A stretch of 63,921 nucleotides of DNA, the filler included, from Octopus bimaculoides (taxonomy: Eukaryota): NCBI RefSeq assembly GCF_001194135.2. It is 7 parts of 6 records of this genome, joined end to end, with 100 filler letters (N's around TTAATTAATTAA, not from the genome) between each part and the next. Parts side by side here need not be neighbours in the genome. Positions count along the whole stretch, not along the records: positions 49,778 to 59,312 come from NC_068982.1; positions 59,413 to 62,570 come from NC_069005.1; positions 62,671 to 63,921 come from NW_026306480.1; 4 more parts are not named here. One strand, given 5' to 3'. A program made the position numbers and the translations under genes. This document shows, piece after piece, positions 56,520-63,921 of this stretch; position 1 is the stretch's first letter, and every line of letters begins with the position of its first letter. The notes beneath the pieces are model-generated. The model worked only from the letters and a program-made list of their open reading frames with translations, did not search any database and had not been told where the DNA came from.

Positions 56520-57899
56520 CATATATATATATATTTCATAATGAATAAATATTTATTCCACAAATCTATAGCTAAAATCGTAAACATCAACTAGGTTATA
56601 TGTGTTCATATGCAGAAAACATATATTTCTCTTCTTGGATATCCTTTGCCTTCTATTTCAATCTGTGTGTTATGTTTTCTTCTATGTGTACAAACAGGTG
56701 AAAGGATGATAACGTAGATTCACTTTGCCCTATATACCTTTTACAACATTTTCTGTAAGAAAATACTCTTTGAATTATCCTTTATAAATATAGCGAAAAT
56801 TTGTGGATAACTTGTATGTTATATTCTTGCAGTTTGAATTTATAGATCTAACATTCCGTATGCCGTAAGAGCATTAATACAAGCACAAGACACTTCTTTA
56901 TAACGAACAAGTAATGGGTATGTTTGAGTATTTGTGCGTGAGTTGCCCTTTACGTTGGCTTCCATTGAAAACGAGTTACAATAGATCAATCTGTCAGATA
57001 GCAGGTGACTTGCAATACAATTTACCTTACACCGTTTACGCACACATGCATACACAAATGCACACACACATACAGACAAACATACAGACACACCTACAGA
57101 CACACATACACAACTATTGTTTACGTTATAACAAAGGAGAAGTGAATGTTTAAATATGTCAAACGATATAGTTTAAAGACGATATTTAAGAAAGCTGTAC
57201 TATAGGGAAACTATAGACCCTAAGCACGTTGGTTGTTTGAACATGAAAAGAATTATATATTTATACAGGAACGGAAGAAAAATCGTTAGTTCCTCATTAA
57301 CAATTATGAATGAGATATTCGCTTCACGGAAATTGGTTGACAGAAATAGTATTTTAGAAAAACATATTTAAAAATATTAGATTCATTCCAGAGAAACATA
57401 ATTGAACTTCATTATGTTACACTTCTTATGTTATATCAATTCAAAATAAGGAGCTGGTTTCGTAGAGGAAAAGTATGTTTCTAGCAACAGGAGACATGAC
57501 AAAATTCAAATCATTATTAGGCTCCTTTCTTGTAATGTTCCTTTTTGAGGGGATTACTCTTATGTAAGCATTTAGAGAGGTTTACATCCACCCAATTTAT
57601 ACGTACAAATACCTCTATGTATGTATGTATGTATGTATGTATGTATGTATGTATGTATGTATGTATGTGTGTATGCATGTATGTATGTATGTATGTATGT
57701 ATATATGTATGTATGTATCTATCTATCTATCCGTGTCCTCGGATGCATGTAAATACACACACACAAATACACACACACGTATATATACACACATAGACAT
57801 GTCGAAAGTAAATAGACGTTATATAAAACATTCTCTTCTGCGTATTTTAACTTGAAAAAGATTATAGTCTTTATGAACTGATATTTTTATATTTCAGGT

Positions 57900-58730
57900 T
57901 CTATATGTGACTGTTTAATCGTGCCACATACAAAAGGACGCTTTGAATTCTCCGAATTTCAAAGGGGCCGTACTGTGAGTCAATCTGAGAGTGGACGTAG
58001 TTAGAGTAAAATTGCAACATTGGGATCCCTCATTCTACAGTTAATAGTGTGATTGCGCAATTCGCCAAAGTGAGGAAGGAGTCTACATTACATAACCCAG
58101 TTTGATCAGGGTCCTTTGACAGGACCCTTCGCTTTGTTAAGAGAAGTGTGGACGATAATCCTCGTTGTAAGGCCTTTGGCATAGCAAAACATGTTGATGC
58201 CAGTCCCAGAACAACTGTCACGTATCCCCACAAACTTAGCTACTATGGCAGAGCAGCAAGAAGAAAGCCATTTCTTCGACCAGCCAATACGAAGCAGAGA
58301 AAAGATTGGGCCGGTGGGATGGTGGTGTGCCCACAAGCATTAGGACACTGTCATAATCTCTGATAAGTATTTTCTGACGATGGTCAAGAGTGGATCTGGA
58401 GACTCTGTTATCAAAAAATTGACGTGGAATGATTGCAGCCTACAATACATCCTGCGGCTATTCTGTGATGGTCTGGATAGCAATTTGGAGCAAATGTCGA
58501 TCAGAGCTGGTGGAGTGTGAGGGAACGATAAATTCCGATAAATATGTGTCCATATTGTAGAAAGGACTCCTTCCAATCTTCTCCAGTGGTAAAATAATTA
58601 AACAAGACTATTTATGGAAGATGGAGTTCCTTGTCATACAGCTAAAAAGACCCAAGGTTGGTTGGAAGAGAATGGCATTAAAAAGCTTTCATGTCAAAGC
58701 CAGTCACCAGATATGAATCCTATTGGACAC
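57900..58730 (+). mobile_element. Tc1-like transposase pseudogene
   Basis: YYGRAARRKPFLRPANTKQRKDWA, FSD(E), FMEDGVPCHTAKKTQGWLEENGI, QSPDMNPIG. Confidence 0.85.
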
Positions 58731-59230
58731 ACAGTTAAAATTAATTCAAATCTGAAATTATACATTCAAATTATTTATTAATTATTATAATGTGACTATC
58801 TAATATTCACACACACACACACACACACACGCACACACACACATGACAGACTTCTTTCTGCTTCCGTATGTATATATATATATGTTTCTCTACAGACCCA
58901 AAATTCTTTGATTGTTCCTCTAATTAGTTCGATTACAAAAATGTCAAGCGACACGCATGAACACATACCGTAAGTAAAAGACACAAAAACGCTTAAGATC
59001 CGAGATGACCAATGCGTAACGTAATGGACTACGCTTCTTCTATTATCTCTTAATATCGATGACCTTACAAGCCTTTCCTTCTCCCCTACCCTTACAGCAA
59101 CAACTGGAGTGATCGATGTATATACATACTTAAATCACACATTAGGTGCGACTATATATAAATACAAACGCAAAATCTTCCATGTCTACTCTGTGTGTAT
59201 GACAGTCTTTCCGAGTACATTTGTGTGTGA

Positions 59231-59273
<43 letters not shown>

Positions 59274-59312
59274 AATATGTATATTTATATATATATGTAT
59301 ATATATATATAT

Positions 59313-59412
59313 NNNNNNNNNNNNNNNNNNNNNNNNNNNNNNNNNNNNNNNNNNNNTTAATTAATTAANNNNNNNNNNNNNNNNNNNNNNNNNNNNNNNN
59401 NNNNNNNNNNNN
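59313..59412. other. Artificial scaffold joint
   Basis: 44N-TTAATTAATTAA-44N. Confidence 0.95.
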
Positions 59413-59545
59413 ATCTGAAACAAAGAAATATGCAAACTAGAATAATTTACTTTATCGGGGTCAATGTAAGGGCAAATATCGAAATTGATAGGTTGGCCGA
59501 ATCATACACCCCCGCATGCATACACACACATATACACGCATACAT

Positions 59546-59605
<60 letters not shown>

Positions 59606-59961
59606 GAACACATACATACATACACCTATACATATACACACACATACACACACACTATATTCAAGCAGAGAGAGAGGGAGAGATTCAAGGTTGAAATACG
59701 TGTGTATGGCTATTCAGGAGTTCTCGTTCTCGACCCTTCAGGCGACTAATGATGTGATATCTGAAGCTTTGATTTCCGTCTGGCTTTATCCGTACCATAC
59801 TAAAAATAAGTCTGTAGAAATTATTGGTTCCATATATGGGCATACATATCACTTTGCAAAAAACAATATATATTCCTATAGTCAATTTTTACAGATAACC
59901 TATTGTTGTTAAATTTCCCTATATATATATATATATAAAATTGAATAATTGNNNNNNNNNN

Positions 59962-60003
<42 letters not shown>

Positions 60004-60164
60004 GAAGGAGAGATATATATAGAATGCAGCCATGCTGGGGTACCACCTCGAAGAATTTCTTTCTCGAATACTAAGGAATTTTTGGGGGAGGGTTGAATAT
60101 TTCACCTCCGGAAACATGAGTGTTTCGTTCAACATCTTTAAACAATTCTTATTGAGGGACCTTT

Positions 60165-60766
60165 TGTGCAAGTAAGGAAACATCACATGTCCTTCATTGC
60201 TGACAACCCCTAAAACCATGACAGTTGCAGGAAATTTTGTATGTATAACACTTGGAACTTCAGAAAGGTCTGCACATAAACATCTGTCATTTCTTCTGTT
60301 AACGTTTTGATCTTGGTCGAAGTTTTTCTCGTTTGGGAAAAACCAAATCAAATCTTCTGCTAGATTTTTCAGTTTGTTTAAGAACCTTTTAGATCCGATG
60401 TAGTCATTTTCTTTTGCTTTTTCTGACAAATTGACTTTTCCTCATCATATAAGACTTATATCTGATGTCTTCGTGGGCAACATTTCTGACAGTTCCTTCT
60501 GACACATGGAGATCTTGTGTAATTGATCCCATGGGCTTCCTGGTATTGTAATCAATGGTCTGTTGAACTTGCTGGATAAGTGTTCTGATGATTTCAGAGC
60601 GTTTAGAATGCTTTTTATGCTTTGATACTGGTGATACGTTTCCATCTTCAGTCTCCAACTCCTTACAAACTTTGTAAACGAAAGATCTGGTAACTTTTAA
60701 AAATCGAAGTATTTCTAAATCACTATGCTCAGCCTTTATAACCACAATAACAACATATCTCTTCAC
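60165..60766 (-). mobile_element. Tc1/mariner-superfamily transposase (maT/DD37D-like), 3'-truncated
   Basis: ORFs 60404-60766 (HTH region, VSEGTVRNVAHEDIRYKSY) and the part of 59821-60429 reading WFFPNEKNFDQDQNVNRRNDR...TKFPATVMVLGVVSNEGHVM; interrupted by another repeat below about 60165. Confidence 0.8.
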
Positions 60767-60772
60767 TTACAA

Positions 60773-60860
60773 AGAATAAGTCCTGGGGTCAATTTGCTCG
60801 ACTAAAGGCGGTGCCCCAGCATAGCCACAGTCAAATCAAATGACTGAAACGAGTAAAAGA
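60773..60860 (+). mobile_element. SINE tail
   Basis: AGAATAAGTCCTGGGGTCAATTTGCTCGACTAAAGGCGGTGCCCCAGCAT...ATGACTGAAACGAGTAAAAGA. Confidence 0.75.
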
Positions 60861-61170
60861 GTGTATATATATATATATATATATACACATTGTGTGCGCA
60901 TGTGTTTGTGTGTGTGTGTGCCCGTGTCTGTTTACGTGTGTGAGTGTCTGTCTGTCTCTGAGTAAGAAAGTGCAACATGAAATTTCTTTTTATTTTAATG
61001 TTTGCAATATATGGAATAACACAAAATAGGGTTAAGTGCGAGGGGTGGAAAGAAATATGGAAGATTAGCAAAGGTTTGAACGTCAAAGAAAGGCTGTCTT
61101 GACGGTCCCAGCTTTGATGTTGGAAACACTGTCTTGCTTTATCAACGGAAGCACACATTTCGTCATTGCT

Positions 61171-61207
<37 letters not shown>

Positions 61208-61279
61208 TACGCGCGCGCGTACACACACACAACTTGATTTTTAACATACATGCAAGAATGCTAAATTATATGCAGGTTT

Positions 61280-61595
61280 AAATAGATAGATAGATAGATA
61301 GATAGGTAAATATGTAGGTAAGTAGGTAGGTAGGTAGGTAAGTAAGTAGATAGATAGATAGATATAATCGACTTAATCCGTTTGTCTGTCCTTGTTTGTC
61401 CTCTCTGTGTGTAGCCCCTTGTGGGGAGTAAAGAAATAAGATAGGTAGGTAGGTACGTAAGTAAGAAGGTAGATAGGTAGGTAGGTAGGTAGGTACGTAC
61501 GTACGTACGTACGTAGATAGATAGATTGATAGGTAAGTTGGTAGGTAGATAGATAGATAGATAGATAGATACATACATACATACATACATACATA
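61280..61595. repeat. Compound tetranucleotide microsatellite (GATA/TAGG/TAAG/TACG/TACA)
   Basis: Direct reading. Confidence 0.95.
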
Positions 61596-62532
61596 GGTAG
61601 TAGAACAGGAAAGGAATTGAAGGTAAGACTTGTATTATAATATGTTGTATCTTAAGATATGTAGACCAATTTAATAAATCTTCGCATAATATTTGGTTAA
61701 ATTTATTTCCCCTTGTCAGATCTTAAGCCCGCTGAAGCAAGAACAAATTGCATTACAATAATTCATTTTATCTTCACCCTACCAATGTTGCCACGGACAG
61801 ATTACTCAACTCCATCCTGTTTGTCCTTGAAGTGATAGAAAGAAACTAGCACCGACAATAGAGTTCCACACACACAAATACACACATAAATGTATGTATA
61901 TATGCATATATATATACGTATATATGTATATAATACATACATACATACATACATTATATATTAATTTTTGCATTTTATTTTAAAACTAGTCAATCATAGA
62001 TATGGCAAAAATTCAAGCAAGAACAGACGAAAATATGACAAAAATCGAAATATTGTAGTCAGAGAGAAATTCTATTAATAATTTCCATTGTAAAAGTGTG
62101 TTAAATTATTTAAAAAACTTGGCAGGATAAATACAAACTGCATGAGATTAGGGTGGTTTGCTGGGTGGAGAGGGAACGTCCAGTGCCCACCGGATGTCTG
62201 GTAAGTGTTAGGGATCGGAGAGACGAAGGAAATGATCGATGTTATGAAGTGATTCTCCTTCAAAGGACCTTTACCCAATTTAGTAAATTTATTATAATAA
62301 ACCATTCAAAAAAAAAATGGCGATGAGGAGGAGCGGGAAAGAGAGAAAAAGGCGGGGGAGATTAAGAGAAAATGAAAGAAACGGCTGAATTTCGCAATGG
62401 TTCTATGAATATATCAGTTGAAAGTGCGCGCGTGCGTGTGTGCGTGCGTATGTGTGTGTGTGCGCGCCTGTGTGCTTGTGTATACGTATATATAGTAACT
62501 GTAGATATGTTTGTGTATACACATATATATGC

Positions 62533-62570
<38 letters not shown>

Positions 62571-62670
62571 NNNNNNNNNNNNNNNNNNNNNNNNNNNNNN
62601 NNNNNNNNNNNNNNTTAATTAATTAANNNNNNNNNNNNNNNNNNNNNNNNNNNNNNNNNNNNNNNNNNNN
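62571..62670. other. Artificial scaffold joint
   Basis: 44N-TTAATTAATTAA-44N. Confidence 0.95.
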
Positions 62671-63039
62671 ATATATATATATATATATATATATTAGTTA
62701 ACACGACACACACAACACACACACATATTTATATATAAAAGTATAATATTTATGCTTATTGTTGTGAATGTTTTGCTTCTCTGGAGATTTGCATGTCAAA
62801 CAGATGAAACTGAAGAGCAACAACAAGAAACTGACTCAACCGAAATTAAAATGTTATCAATCTCTTCTAGGGAGATTTCTAGGGAGATCTCTTCTATTTA
62901 CAAGCTATTAATTATAGCTTTATCTGCTTCAAGGCTCACCTTTCCAACAAAAAAAGAAAAACGGAAATTATTGAATCCTATATTCGTGAGGGGAAGAATT
63001 TATATTATGCTTACTGATACAGATGGCTAAGGACAGAAG

Positions 63040-63207
63040 CACTGGTCGCTTAAAGTGGAAGGAAGTTGTGGAAGAGGGAAACCCAAGAAGATATGGGTCG
63101 AGTGTTGAAGGCCGACCTCAAAACGCTGAATATTATAAAGGAGATGGCAGAGGACCGAGATATGTGGTGCATTGTTGGACTTGAGAAGACTTGCGCGTCA
63201 CAATAAA
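63040..63207 (+). mobile_element. RTE-like LINE extreme 3' fragment
   Basis: LKVEGSCGRGKPKKIW and ADLKTLNIIKEMAEDRDMW (G.R.RGRP+KTW...A.DR..W motif). Confidence 0.7.
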
Positions 63208-63237
63208 ATTGAGATCCTAAAACCAAGGTGCCGTGAA

Positions 63238-63490
63238 GAAAGCATTGATGTGGTTGTTGGTGCAATGTAAAAAGCACTGGGGCTGGTCCCACATAAAAAG
63301 CACTGGGGCTGGTCCCACTTAAAAAGCACTGGGGCTGGTCCCACATAAAAAGCACTGNNNNNNNNNNAAGAAAGCATTGATGTGGTTGTTGGTGCAATGT
63401 AAAAAGCACTGGGGCTGGTCCCACATAAAAAGCACTGGGGCTGGTCCCACTTAAAAAGCACTGGGGCTGGTCCCACATAAAAAGCACTGG
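63238..63490 (+). repeat. 26-bp minisatellite AAAAAGCACTGGGGCTGGTCCCAC(A/T)T, block duplicated across a 10-N gap
   Basis: Three full units plus a partial unit on each side of the gap, no spacers. Confidence 0.9.
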
Positions 63491-63664
63491 TTATGCACTC
63501 ATAGTTTGATAGTTGAGATCTGATTGGCTGTATGCAAATGAGTTCATAACTGGGGTTAGGAACTCTCGTGGGAAGAAAAAAAATTTGCGAGCGGTTTACC
63601 CTCAAGGGGTTATATAAACTGATCCATGACGCTGAGGGGCTTCCTTCCTGTCTGCTCTTAGTAC

Positions 63665-63921
63665 TTTTAAAGTGAAAATCAGTTTTGTGCATTCCGATTC
63701 CACTGTTTAGACTTGCAGGTCTGACCATAGTTGGTCAGTGGGCAAAGCGGTTGTGGTGACCAGCAACCTGTAGGTTTTACTTTGGAGTGACCTTCTTCTA
63801 GCTGAATTGCCTTACAGGGCTGGAGAGCTTCACCTACCCTGAGAATTGCTGGAAGGGTGTCAAATAGTTTTAAAGTGAAAATCAGTTCGTGCATTCCGAT
63901 TCCACTGTTTAGACTTGCAGG
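63665..63921. repeat. About 55-bp direct repeat at about 202-bp spacing enclosing an RTE 5'-UTR-like segment on the minus strand
   Basis: TTTTAAAGTGAAAATCAGTT...CCGATTCCACTGTTTAGACTTGCAGG near 63665 and 63868. Interior reads GGGTAGGTGAAGCTCTCCAGCCCTGTAAGGCAATTCAGCTAGAAGAAGG on the minus strand. Confidence 0.5.

Noticed and set aside
63269-63490. Short direct repeats with a hairpin that look like a CRISPR array
   Set aside because: No unique spacers, no cas genes, eukaryotic context; it is a minisatellite.

Overview
This is repeat-dense, AT-rich animal genomic DNA, not prokaryotic. It is most likely a cephalopod (Octopus-like), inferred from recalled SINE families and the extreme microsatellite load. 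The window is stitched from seven scaffolds by six identical 100-nt artificial joints (44 N + TTAATTAATTAA + 44 N). The only host gene I can support is a minus-strand trypsin-like (S1) serine protease. Two frame-compatible exons (23141-23265 and 7550-7684) are hidden from the ORF track by splicing and are separated by a 15.5-kb intron full of transposons. The rest is decayed mobile DNA: RTE and CR1-like LINEs, four R4/Dong-like RLE LINE fragments beside TAA repeats, Penelope-like remnants with hammerhead-ribozyme motifs, Tc1/mariner/maT transposons, a Gypsy gag remnant, several tRNA-derived SINE families, MITEs and microsatellites. Highlights: (i) an RTE LINE whose ORF ends in three tandem C2H2 zinc fingers; (ii) a hammerhead motif with an intact core, a palindromic stem III and an unusually long stem II, inside inverted Penelope-type repeats; (iii) serial SINE insertions separated by three copies of one 16-bp target beside an exon; (iv) a 312-bp microhomology-flanked copy of nearby DNA inside a SINE. 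All family names come from motif recognition by eye; no database search was run. Most element boundaries are approximate.
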